Assembly (NCBI GenBank): GCA_963785725.1 | Contig: CAWAWS010000022.1 | Coordinates: 160,001-224,000 of the forward strand | Direction of reading: 5' to 3' | DNA: 64,000 nucleotides | Origin: an uncultured delta proteobacterium | GTDB taxonomy: Bacteria > Myxococcota_A > Polyangia > Palsa-1104 | In this document: one piece after another, positions 38,435 to 48,077 of the stretch | Position numbering within the stretch: the stretch's first letter is position 1 | How the letters are laid out: the number at the start of each line of letters is the position of its first letter | Program-made: the position numbers and the translations under genes | The notes under the pieces: generated by a model | Told to the model about the DNA's origin: nothing | Seen by the model: only the letters and a program-made list of their open reading frames with translations | Database searches by the model: none

Positions 38435-41184
38435 GGCTGCCCCGCCGCCGCGTCGCGCACCGGCGCACGGCCGATGTGCTCGCGCACGACGGCGCGCACG
38501 AGGTTGATGTCGAAGGGCTTCTCGATGAGCCGCGTGCTGCGGAGGTCGGCCAGCGTTTCGTTGGTGAAGCCGCCGCCGCCGGTCAGAAAGACGGTACGTC
38601 CGGCGAGCTTGGGCAGGCGGCGCCGGATCTCCTGGAAGAAGTCGATGCCGCTGATCTCGGGCATCATCACGTCGCAGAAGATGACGTCGAAGGGCTCGCC
38701 GCGCCCGAGTAGCTCGAGCGCCTCGCGGGCGCGCTGGAAGACGACGACATCGTGCTCCCTGCGCAGCGCCCGCCTGAGCGCCTTGCCGATCCCAACGTCG
38801 TCGTCGATGACGAGCACGCGGCCGCGCCGCCGCGCCGGTGCTGGCATGAGCGGCGTGCGCGGCTCGGCCGGCTGCTGTCGATCGTCGTCGCCGCGGGCGG
38901 AGGCCTTGACGTCGCGAACGATGTGCCGGATGCGCTCGCAGTCCTCGGCGACGTCGCCCATCATCTCGCGCAGCGCGGCCACGCGCTCGGCGGGCAGGAA
39001 GCCCGCGACCGTCAGCTCCTCCGTCATCCTGTTCACGTGGCCCATCATGGAGGCGAGCGGCTGGTCGAGCTCGTGCGCCGCCGCCGCCGCCAGCGTGCCC
39101 ATCGAGACCATGCGATCGGCCAAGATCAGCCGCGACTCCAGCTGGCGCCGTTCGGTGATGTCGCGCGCGATGAGAATGCGGGTCGGCCGATTGTCGAAGA
39201 TCACCTCCAGCGAGGTCGACTCCACCGTCAGCACGCGCTGGCCCCGCCCGAGCAGCCGGTGCTCGACGGGATCGCTGCTCCCAAAGCTCGCTTCCAGGCG
39301 CGCGCGATCTTCCGGCGGGACCAGATCCTCGAACGGATTCTTACCCAGCAGATCGGCGCGGCGATCGTAGCCCAAGAGCCGGACGAAGCGGTCGTTGACG
39401 TAGACGGCGCGCTCGTCGCGTACCGCCAGGATGGCATCGGGCGCGTTCTCGATCAGATAGCGGAAGTTGGTCTCCGAGCGCTGCAGCGCTCGGATGAAGC
39501 GCTTGCGCTCGGTGACGTCGCGCGCCACCGCCAGCAAACACGGGGCTTCCTCGAAGACGACACCGAGCACGTTGACCTCGAAGCTGACGCGGCTGCCGTC
39601 TCGACGCAGCCCCTCACGCTCGAGGCTGATGGACGACCCCTCGGGCACCGACCGCAGCCAATCGCCGGCGCCGTCGGTCGCGGTGAGCGCGAACAGCTCG
39701 CCCAGGCCACGGCCGAGCACAGCGCGGTCGGCATCGTAGCCGAGTAGGCGTACGAAGCTCGGGTTGACGTAGACGACGCGACCGGCGCGCGACACGACCA
39801 CGGCATCGGGCAGCCCTTCCAACAGGGCGCGTAGGTTGGCGTCGCGGCGGCGCAGCGCGCTCTCGGCCTGCTTGCGCTCGCTGATATCGTGGAACAGCGC
39901 GATGTGCTGGCCGGGCCGGCTCGAGGGAGCGGCGGCGCACTCGATCAGCGTCTCGCTGCAGTCGGCGCGGCGCAGGAGATATTCTCCGCGCAAGCCGCCG
40001 GTCCGCGCGCAGGGCGTTCGCGCGGTGGCCGCGCCGTCGCCGGCCGGCCGAAAGAAGTCGCGACAGGAGCGGCCGATCAGCTGTGCACGCGGCAGGCCGA
40101 TAAGCTGGCACGCCGCCGGGTTGGCATCGTGGACGACGGCGTCGTCGTCATAGATGAGCATGCCGTCGAGCGCCGAGTCGAACACGGCGCGCATCAGCAG
40201 CTCGCTGCCATGCCGCTCGATCGCGCCCGCCAGCAGCTGGGCGATGGCCTGCACCGAGCTGATGTCGCTCGGGGCTAGAACCCGGCGATCGCGCCCGTAC
40301 ACCGACAAGAGCCCCAGCGGCCGCTGCGGGCCGTGCAGAACGACGCTCAGCCCGCTCCTGGCGCCGTGGCGCAGCCACAGCGGCTGCGGCTCGAAGCGGC
40401 CGTCGGCGCCCAGCTCCTCGATCACGACCGGCGCCTCCGCCCGCAGCGCGAACGCTGTCTCCGAAGGCCCGTGGCTCGACAACGGATCGGCGGCCGCGTC
40501 GTCGAGCTCGAAGCCAATGGCGGCGCGTAGTGCCAAATGGTCATCGCTCGACGAGAGCTCGTACAGCGCGCCCAATTCCAGCCCGCAGACGGCGATCGCA
40601 GTGCGCAGCGCGTCCTGGAACAGCTCGTCGAGACAGTGCGCGCTCAGCGCGCGAATGCCCAGCTCGGCCACCGCCGACTGCTGCCGAGCGCGTAGCGCCA
40701 GCTCGCGAGCCGCGCGCGAGCCCTCGATGGCGAAGCGGATGGCGCGCTCGAGCGCGGCGCTGTCCAGTGTTCCCTTGGCCAGGTCGGCCGTGGCGCCGGC
40801 GCGAGCGACGGTGTCGTCGACTGCCGGATCCTGGTCGTCGGTCAGCACGATGATGGGCAGCTCGTGCCCGCGGGCGCGCGCCTCGCGCAAAAGCTCGAGG
40901 CCGGAGCGCGGACCGACGACGTAATCGAGCAGCAGGACGTCGAAGCGCGCCTCGTTTAGCCGCTGCAGCCCCGATTCCAGCGAGGGCATCCACTCCAGCC
41001 GAAAGGCCGTGCCGCTGCGCTCCAGCAGACGCTCGATCAGGTTGCGCTGCTCTTCGTCGTCGTCGACGAGCAGGATGTGCCAACCCTGCTCCGCGTCGCT
41101 GTCCGGAGTGGGCGCTGCATGGTCCAGCTCATCCCCGTTGACGGCCTGGTCGTCGGCCAGGAGCCGCATGCTGTCTACTTCCAT
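38431..41184 (-). CDS. REC-GAF-PASx3-HisKA-REC signalling protein lacking the HATPase domain
   Basis: ATG 41184 after AAGAGAGG. ILLVDDD/LLDY receiver, GAF, three PAS repeats ending D(I/V)(S/T)ER(K/R), H-box AHELDQPL, then directly RVLVIDDD...FCDVMMP...IEKPF. Confidence 0.88.
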   Translation of the reverse strand: MEVDSMRLLADDQAVNGDELDHAAPTPDSDAEQGWHILLVDDDEEQRNLIERLLERSGTAFRLEWMPSLESGLQRLNEARFDVLLLDYVVGPRSGLELLREARARGHELPIIVLTDDQDPAVDDTVARAGATADLAKGTLDSAALERAIRFAIEGSRAARELALRARQQSAVAELGIRALSAHCLDELFQDALRTAIAVCGLELGALYELSSSDDHLALRAAIGFELDDAAADPLSSHGPSETAFALRAEAPVVIEELGADGRFEPQPLWLRHGARSGLSVVLHGPQRPLGLLSVYGRDRRVLAPSDISSVQAIAQLLAGAIERHGSELLMRAVFDSALDGMLIYDDDAVVHDANPAACQLIGLPRAQLIGRSCRDFFRPAGDGAATARTPCARTGGLRGEYLLRRADCSETLIECAAAPSSRPGQHIALFHDISERKQAESALRRRDANLRALLEGLPDAVVVSRAGRVVYVNPSFVRLLGYDADRAVLGRGLGELFALTATDGAGDWLRSVPEGSSISLEREGLRRDGSRVSFEVNVLGVVFEEAPCLLAVARDVTERKRFIRALQRSETNFRYLIENAPDAILAVRDERAVYVNDRFVRLLGYDRRADLLGKNPFEDLVPPEDRARLEASFGSSDPVEHRLLGRGQRVLTVESTSLEVIFDNRPTRILIARDITERRQLESRLILADRMVSMGTLAAAAAHELDQPLASMMGHVNRMTEELTVAGFLPAERVAALREMMGDVAEDCERIRHIVRDVKASARGDDDRQQPAEPRTPLMPAPARRRGRVLVIDDDVGIGKALRRALRREHDVVVFQRAREALELLGRGEPFDVIFCDVMMPEISGIDFFQEIRRRLPKLAGRTVFLTGGGGFTNETLADLRSTRLIEKPFDINLVRAVVREHIGRAPVRDAAAGQP

Positions 41185-41288
41185 AAAACCTCTCTTATTC
41201 GCATCGCCCATTCGCTCGTTGTTTCTTGCCTTGCGCTGCACAGCTGGCCGGCGATGGTTGCGTTGTTTGCCCGGCCGGAGACTCCTTC

Positions 41289-41762
41289 TCAGCCATGCTC
41301 GTCGGTGGGCAACGACAACTCCGCTGGCGGCAGCGCCAGCTGCGCCGCCCGCTGCGAGGCGCGGCCGGTAGCGCGAGCGATGGCACAGGCCAAATCCGAC
41401 TCGCTGAATGGCTTGGCCAGCAGGTACGCGGTCCCCGATTCCCAGGCGCGCTCGACCAGCTCCTCGTCCTGCACAAGTGCCGACATGAGGACCACCGGCA
41501 CGGTTCGCCAGGGCTTCATGGCGGCGCCGCGCCGCAACGTGCGGCACAGACGCAAGCCGTCGCAGTTGGGCATCTCGACGTCGGACACCAAGCAGACGGT
41601 CTCGTCCTTCAACAGATCGAGCGCCGCGTCCCCGTCCTGTGCGACGCGCACGACCACGTCGGGAAACGAGCGCTGGACCATCTTGGCCACGACGCGGCAG
41701 ACCCGCGGCTCGTCGTCGACGACGATGATCTCGGGCCGACCCACGCTGTCTTGTTTACTCAT
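41289..41762 (-). CDS. Single-domain response regulator
   Basis: IIVVDDE, VSDVEMP, VLMSA, LAKPF. Confidence 0.88.
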   Translation of the reverse strand: MSKQDSVGRPEIIVVDDEPRVCRVVAKMVQRSFPDVVVRVAQDGDAALDLLKDETVCLVSDVEMPNCDGLRLCRTLRRGAAMKPWRTVPVVLMSALVQDEELVERAWESGTAYLLAKPFSESDLACAIARATGRASQRAAQLALPPAELSLPTDEHG

Positions 41763-41930
41763 GGCGAGCTGCCAGAGCAGGGACCGGGCCAACGTCGGTG
41801 CCGCGCGAAAGGCTCGATTCTCGTGGATGCATTCGCGCGGCGCGTATCGTCGGCATCGGCGCGAGGTCATTTTGACCATGCACGCGGGGGTCGATTTGCC
41901 CCCCTGACCACGGCGGTCTACAGTGTCGCG

Positions 41931-43354
41931 GTGGAACCGTCGGCGGGCCGCGTGCTGGCCGTGGATGACGACAAGAGCGTCCGCCGCATCCTGTCACGCA
42001 TCCTCGGCGACGCGGGCTACGACGTCCTCAGCTTCGAGTCGGGTGACGCGGCGCTGCCGCAGCTGATCGAGGGTGGCGGCGATCGCTTCGATGTCGTGCT
42101 CACCGACTTGGTCATGCCCGGCGATCTGGACGGCTTGGGCTTGCTGGCACAGCTCCGCGAGCGCGCGCTGGAGCTGCCGGTGATCGTCATGACCGGCAAC
42201 GCCACCGTGCAATCGGCGGTAGATGCCATGCGGCTCGGGGCCTACGATTATATCGAGAAGCCCTTTGCCATGGCCGACCTGCTCTTGCTCACCGTCGAGC
42301 GAGCGGTTGCGCATGGCCGCCTGCGCCGACATACCCGCCAGCTCGAGAGCGAGCTGACACGCGCCGGCCATCTGCGCGGCATCGTCGGCCAGTCGGCGCG
42401 CATTCGTGACGTCTTCGGCCTCGTCTCGGCGGTGGCCGCCACCGACGCCACGGTGCTGCTCCTCGGCGAGAGCGGAACCGGCAAGGAGCTGGTCGCGCGC
42501 GCCATCCACGATCAGAGCGCGCGCAGCGACCGGCCGTTCGTGCCCGTCAACTGCTCGGCGCTGCCGGAGAACCTGCTCGAGAGCGAGCTGTTCGGGTACG
42601 TCAAAGGCGCCTTTACCGGTGCCGCCGCTCACCGGCAGGGCCTGTTCGAAGAGGCCGAAAGGGCACCCTCTTCCTCGACGAAGTGGGCGACATTTCGCCG
42701 GCGCTGCAGATGCGCCTGCTGCGCGTGCTGCAGGAGGGCGAGATCCGGCCTGTCGGCGCGACCGGCGCGCGCAAGGTCGACGTCCGCATCATCGCGGCGA
42801 CCAACAAGAACCTGTCGGCCGCGATGCGCGCGGGGACGTTCCGCGAAGACCTCTATTACCGCTTGAACGTGGTCGCGATCGAGCTGCCGCCGCTGCGCGA
42901 GCGGCTCGCCGATCTCCCGCTGCTCGTGCAGCACTTCATCGGCAAATATGCCAACCGCTACGGCAAGGAGATTCGCGCCGTCGATGCGGCCGTGCTCGAT
43001 CGCCTCGGCCGCTATCGCTGGCCGGGTAACGTGCGCGAGCTGGAGAACATCATCCAGCGCGCCATCGTGCTCACTTCGGGCCAGACGCTCACGGTTGGCG
43101 CGCTGCCGCCGTACCTGCAGGGCGAGGCGGTCGTCGCGGCGTCGGCGGCCCCCGAAGAGCCGACGCCGCTGTGGAACGACGCCCGAGTGGACTTCGAGCG
43201 GCGCTACTTGCAGTCGGTGCTGGCGCGTACGCACGGGAACCTGAGCGAGGCCGCGCGTACATCGGGGCTCGACAAGTCGAACCTCCGCCGCATGCTGCGC
43301 CGGAACGGCATCGAGGCGAGCGACTTTCGCGACGACTCCAACGAGCCACACTGA
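41931..43354 (+). CDS. Sigma-54-dependent response regulator (NtrC family), frameshift at ~42660
   Basis: [31 protein letters not shown]. After gaggccgaaa|gggcacc the frame shifts to GTLFLDEVG...[11 protein letters not shown]...WPGNVREL, then a Fis-type HTH. Confidence 0.92.
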
Positions 43355-43478
43355 GGCGGGTCCGCCTCTTCCGACCAGCCTGCGCCGACGCCAGCGAAGC
43401 GCAAGTGGGCCGCAGACGGATCGCGGCTACCGGCGGGCGACGATTGCCTGCGCGGTCGCGCGACGCATCCTTGCGAGC

Positions 43479-43612
43479 GTGACCGCACTCGACGATCGCA
43501 GAGCGCAGATGTTTCCCCGTCTCGACGACGGGCAGATCGACCGCATCGCGCGCTGCGGGCGGCGCCGGCGCGTCGATGCCGGCGAGCTGCTCTTCGAGGC
43601 CGGCGAGCGCAA
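43479..43612 (+). pseudogene. 5' remnant of a cNMP-binding/thioredoxin-reductase-like gene
   Basis: RRAQMFPRLDDGQIDRIARCGRRRRVDAGELLFEAGER is typical of that family's N-terminus. Homology stops abruptly. Confidence 0.55.
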
Positions 43613-43657
43613 AACGCGGCACCGACAGCTCGCCCGCATTATCGACGTCTCGGTAGG

Positions 43658-43918
43658 ATGCCGTCTTGTATTTCTCTGCGCCAGAAGTCCAACTCCCTCG
43701 ACGGCGTGAAGGTGTTCTCGGCCACGACGCAGCCGGCTCGAGAGCGGCTCGGCGAGAAGGTCACTGCGTGGCTCGCAGCGAACGCGTCCGTCGCCATTGT
43801 CGACGCGACCGTGACGCAATCGAGCGATCACGCGTTTCACTGCCTCGCGATTACCCTCTTCTACGTCACGCCTACCCGAGCACCGCGCGCAGCTTTCGCG
43901 CCAGCGCGAACGGAGTAA
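43658..43918 (+). CDS. Small conserved myxobacterial hypothetical protein
   Basis: GVKVFSAT...RERLGEKVT.WL...IVD..VTQSSD.AFHCLAITLFY. Start uncertain; 3' end overlaps the convergent kinase. Confidence 0.7.
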   Translation: MPSCISLRQKSNSLDGVKVFSATTQPARERLGEKVTAWLAANASVAIVDATVTQSSDHAFHCLAITLFYVTPTRAPRAAFAPARTE

Positions 43919-46229
43919 ACGGCTTCTGAATGAAATTGACTCCAGGTTCGAGCACGCCTTGCTGCACGATGGCGTGGTCGCTGAATCCCGACATGAACAG
44001 CACCTTCAACTCCGGGTTCAGCTGCAGGAGCACGTCGGCCACCTGGCGGCCGTTTGCGAGCGGCAGGATGACGTCGGTGAGCACGAGATCGTACGCGTGC
44101 GGTTGATCCTGAAAGCGTTGAATCGCCTGCCGTGGACTGTCCGCGACGTCGACAGCATAGCCGTGCATCTTCAGTATCCGCTCGACAGCCGCGCGCACCA
44201 TCGCATCGTCTTCGACCAGCAGCACGCGCTCGCCGCGCGAGCGGAGGTTCGCCTCTTCCGGTCGCGCGATCGACGGCACGACTTCCGCGTCGACGCGCGG
44301 CAGATACACCCTGAAGCAGGACCCTCGTCCGGTTTCGCTGTAGACGCAAATGTAGCCGCCGCTCTGCTTCACGATCCCGTACACCATCGAGAGGCCGAGC
44401 CCGGTGCCGCGGCCGCGCTCCTTGGTCGTGAAGAACGGCTCGAAGCATCGTGACATGACTTGAGTGTCCATGCCGACGCCGTCGTCGCTCACCGACAAGA
44501 GCACATAGCGACCGGCCCTCGCTCCGGCGTGGCCGGCGACATACTCCTCGTCGAGCTCGACGTTGTGCGTCTCCAACGTCAAGGTGCCGCCGTTGGGCAG
44601 GGCATCGCGCGCGTTCAGAACGAGGTTCATCACGACCTGGCTGACTTGCGTGACGTCGACGAACGCGTTGCCCACCGCGGGATCGAACGCCGTCGAGACC
44701 TTGATATCCTCGCCGATGACGCGGCGGATCATCTTCCACACGTCGGCGATCGCCGAGTTCAGATTGACGACCTTCGGCTCCAGCACCTGCTTGCGGCTGA
44801 ACGCGGTCAGTTGCCGCGTCAAGGTCGCCGCGCGTTCGGCGGCGGCTGCGACCTCCTCCGCGTCGGGACGAACCTTGGAGTCGGGCGCCAGATGGTCGAG
44901 GATGAACTGACAGTTGGCCAGGATCACCGCCAGGATGTTGTTGAAGTCGTGCGCAACGCCGCCGGCGAGCTGGCCGACCGCCTCGATCTTCTGCGCCTGC
45001 CTCAGACTCTCCTCGAGCTGTTGATGAGCGGTCACGTCATCCAAGATTCCGTCGCTGTGCGCGACGCCGTCCACGTAGTAGCGCGCGCTCGAGCGGCTCT
45101 TGATCCAGATCCAGCGGCCGTCTTTCCGCTGGAAGCGGTAGAGGTGCTCGAACGAGCCGGCCTGTCCGGCGAGGAACGCGTCGTTCGCGTTGATGATGCG
45201 ATCGCGGTCGTCGTCATGGACTCGCGACAGCCACAGGGCGACGCCGGCCGGCGGCCGCAGCTCCTCGACGGTGTACCCGAACATCTGCTCCACGTTCGAC
45301 GTCATGAAGGTGAGGTCGCCGTTGGCGTTGCGCGTGAAGATCACGTCGGGCAGCCGCTCGACCAGTTTGCGGTAGCGCTCTTCGCTGGCACGCAGCGCCT
45401 CGCCGACGCGCGTACTTTCGGTGACATCGCGGCCGATGCTCAGCACCTGCACGGTGCCGTCGACCTCCACGACGCTGCTGGAGAACTCGATCAGCGACAC
45501 CGTACCGTCGGTGGCCAAGACCGGCACCGCCGCCTGCGCCCGCCCCAATTGGACGTGCTCGTTGTAGAGGGCCACGGTCGCCTGCGCTCGCTCGGGCGGC
45601 GCGAACTCCGAGATGTGGCGCCCGATGAGCGCGCCGCGCGCCACTTTCAGCGTCTGCTCCATTCGACGGTTCGCTTTGATGAAGCGGCCTTCACGACTGA
45701 TCACGCAGACGTTGTCGTTCGCGGCATCCAGCAGCTGCTGATAACGCGTCTCCGAGCTCCGCGCGTGCGTGGCGAGCCTGACCAGCTGCACGTTCAACCG
45801 ACGCAGATGCTCGGCGTTCACCTCCACGCACTCGGCGCTCGGCGGCGGCGGCGACCCGGTCGCGAGGACGAGCTGCAACGCTTCGATCTCCGCGGTAAAT
45901 TCCGACGTGCGACGAACCAACCGATTGGCACCTACCTTTTCGGCCAGCGCCTCGTCGGCGACGCCACCGAAGTGCGCGCTCATCAGGATGACTGGAACGC
46001 CGCGCAACGACGGCTCTCGTCGCACTTGCTGACAGAAGTCGAAGCCGTCCAGCTCGCCCAACATCACCTCGCTGAGGATCGCCAACGGTGGATCGTGACG
46101 CGCGCGCGCGAGCGCGTCGTCCGCCTCCTCGGCGCCCTCGACCTCGTAGCCCGCGGCCGTCAGGCGCGCCCATCCCCGCCTCCGCTGCCGCGGATCGTGG
46201 TCGACCAAGAGCACTCGCTTCGTCTTCAT
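43872..46229 (-). CDS. Hybrid sensor histidine kinase (REC-PAS-PAS-HisKA-HATPase-REC)
   Basis: GQLAGGVAHDFNN, QVVMNLVLNARDA, VSDDGVGM, FEPFFTTK.RGRGTGLGL, C-terminal LTDVILP/FMSG/QKPF. Confidence 0.95.
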   Translation of the reverse strand: MKTKRVLLVDHDPRQRRRGWARLTAAGYEVEGAEEADDALARARHDPPLAILSEVMLGELDGFDFCQQVRREPSLRGVPVILMSAHFGGVADEALAEKVGANRLVRRTSEFTAEIEALQLVLATGSPPPPSAECVEVNAEHLRRLNVQLVRLATHARSSETRYQQLLDAANDNVCVISREGRFIKANRRMEQTLKVARGALIGRHISEFAPPERAQATVALYNEHVQLGRAQAAVPVLATDGTVSLIEFSSSVVEVDGTVQVLSIGRDVTESTRVGEALRASEERYRKLVERLPDVIFTRNANGDLTFMTSNVEQMFGYTVEELRPPAGVALWLSRVHDDDRDRIINANDAFLAGQAGSFEHLYRFQRKDGRWIWIKSRSSARYYVDGVAHSDGILDDVTAHQQLEESLRQAQKIEAVGQLAGGVAHDFNNILAVILANCQFILDHLAPDSKVRPDAEEVAAAAERAATLTRQLTAFSRKQVLEPKVVNLNSAIADVWKMIRRVIGEDIKVSTAFDPAVGNAFVDVTQVSQVVMNLVLNARDALPNGGTLTLETHNVELDEEYVAGHAGARAGRYVLLSVSDDGVGMDTQVMSRCFEPFFTTKERGRGTGLGLSMVYGIVKQSGGYICVYSETGRGSCFRVYLPRVDAEVVPSIARPEEANLRSRGERVLLVEDDAMVRAAVERILKMHGYAVDVADSPRQAIQRFQDQPHAYDLVLTDVILPLANGRQVADVLLQLNPELKVLFMSGFSDHAIVQQGVLEPGVNFIQKPFTPFALARKLRAVLG

Positions 46230-46684
46230 GGCTGATACCCCAGCGCACGCCCGAGCGCGTGCAGCGAAAACGGCTTCTCCAGCAATACGGCGTCGGGCGC
46301 GAGTCGCCCTCGGTCGACGAGCGCCTGCCGACCGTGGCCGGACATGAAGACCACGCGCAGGTCGGGACAGAGCTGGCCGATGGCGACCGCGGTCGCCGCG
46401 CCATCGCCACCGTCGCCGAGGTCGACGTCGATCAACAGGAGGTCGAGGTCACGGCCGTAGGGGCGGCAGACCCCAACTGCCTCGTCGAGGATACTGCAGG
46501 GCAGCACGGTGTGCCCGAGCGATCTCTGCCTGCGCACCGTCGCGCGCAGCAGCGGCACATCATCGTCGAGGAAGAGCCCGCGGCGCGAGGCCGACACGCT
46601 CGTCGCGCCCCGGCAGCGCACCGGCTCGCCGCCGTTCGAGTCGATGAGATGAACCGCGGACGACGACCTGACCGAATGATTCAA
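46226..46684 (-). CDS. Single-domain response regulator
   Basis: LFLDDD, LLIDV, VFMSG, LLEKPF. Coupled (ATGA) to the kinase. Confidence 0.8.
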   Translation of the reverse strand: MNHSVRSSSAVHLIDSNGGEPVRCRGATSVSASRRGLFLDDDVPLLRATVRRQRSLGHTVLPCSILDEAVGVCRPYGRDLDLLLIDVDLGDGGDGAATAVAIGQLCPDLRVVFMSGHGRQALVDRGRLAPDAVLLEKPFSLHALGRALGYQP

Positions 46685-46855
46685 GTCCCCACAGCCCCAC
46701 CGCGATTGAGAGTCACACTCAGCACACGCTCATGTTGAACCCATGTTGCGGCGCGGTCTGGGACAGGGCTGATTCCGTCTTTTGGAGGGTTCTGCTGCTT
46801 GTCTGACGAGGGCCGCGACCGAACGCACCGCGTCCCGCACGCGCCTCGCCGACGA

Positions 46856-47785
46856 TTACCGCGAGCCGGACAGACGCCGTGGCGCGCGCAGGAAGCTGCT
46901 CGGAGTGACGCCGAACCGTTTCTTGAACGTGCGTCCGAGGTGCGACTGGTCGGCGAAACCGCAGTCGAATGCGCTCTCCGCAATCGACTTGCCGGCTGCG
47001 ATCATTTGTCGCGCACGCTGGAGCCGCCGTTCCATCACGAACGCATGCGGAGTCCAGCTCGTGCAGCGTTTGAACTCGCGCGCGAAATGCGCCGGCGAGA
47101 GCCCGGCGATGGCCGCGAGGTCGTCGACGCTGATGCAGCTCGCGAGCGTCTCCTCGATTCTTTCGAGCACGGTGTCGAGACGGCCGTCCAGCGCGCCTCG
47201 CGTCTTCGCCACTTCGACGCGCTGACCGAATTGTCGCGCGAGCCGCGACGCGACCGCGATGCCCGCCGCGTCGGCAAACAGCGGCCCCGACGAGCCTCCG
47301 GCCTTCGCCTCCAGCAACAGTGCGCGCGTTACGCAGGCGAGCGTCTCGTCGGTCGCGCTACAGGCGTACCGGAGCGCGACGTCGGCGCCGACGGCGCGGC
47401 GCATCTTCTCGACCGAGACTTCGAGGATGCCGTAGCGCGTCGTGCCCGGATTGCGTCTGGTGAAAGGCCGACCCGCGGGATTGATCCACATACTGCCCGG
47501 CGCCATCGTGACCTTGGTGAAGCCGTGCGATTCCTTGCTTTCGATCAGCAACGGCTTCGAGTCGATATTCATGACGATCAGATGGCCGGCGACAGTCAGA
47601 TCATCCGCCACCCAGTCCACTTCTCGGCCAGTCTCCGCGATGATGCCGTCCCAGCCGAGCGCCCGGCTCGATGCCGTGATGGTCTTCGCATTCAACGCGT
47701 CGGGGACGAGCGCGCCCGAATCAGCGCGGACAAAATGGATGCCTGTCGTTAGTCGCTGTTTCGCAGTTTGCAAATCTTCGCTCAT
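46856..47785 (-). CDS. AraC family transcriptional regulator
   Basis: LAAIAGLSPAHFAREFK...TPH.FV..RRL.RA, CGFADQSHLGRTFKKRFGVTP. Confidence 0.94.
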   Translation of the reverse strand: MSEDLQTAKQRLTTGIHFVRADSGALVPDALNAKTITASSRALGWDGIIAETGREVDWVADDLTVAGHLIVMNIDSKPLLIESKESHGFTKVTMAPGSMWINPAGRPFTRRNPGTTRYGILEVSVEKMRRAVGADVALRYACSATDETLACVTRALLLEAKAGGSSGPLFADAAGIAVASRLARQFGQRVEVAKTRGALDGRLDTVLERIEETLASCISVDDLAAIAGLSPAHFAREFKRCTSWTPHAFVMERRLQRARQMIAAGKSIAESAFDCGFADQSHLGRTFKKRFGVTPSSFLRAPRRLSGSR

Positions 47786-47960
47786 AGTCCAGTCGTCAAT
47801 TTGTGACGCGCGACCGCAGTCGTCAAGTCACTGCGGAGACGTCGATCGTCACGTCGGTGCGAGCTCTATCGCGCGTCGATGATGGCTCCCGTTACTGAAC
47901 AGGGACAACGAAATCAGGCTGTAGTCGGCTCGCTCGACGGTAGGCTGCGAGCTCCGGGCG

Positions 47961-48077
47961 CGCCTGCGGCGTGACGCCGCGCGCGTGAGCGAGCTCGGCG
48001 AGCACGCGCCCCTTCGAGCTGCGCGGCGACGGGAAGTGCCCGTGGCCGAGGGGCGAGTAGGCGACGACCGCTAGCTG
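47961..48077 (-). pseudogene. Aldo/keto reductase remnant, 3' part (split by IS4)
   Basis: QLAVVAYSPLGHGHFP...VLAELAHARGVTPQ. Confidence 0.65.

Noticed and set aside
42655..42665. Programmed frameshift in the NtrC-family gene
   Set aside because: A single missing base in a short A/G run is more simply a sequencing error or point mutation. There is no slippery heptamer with stimulatory structure.
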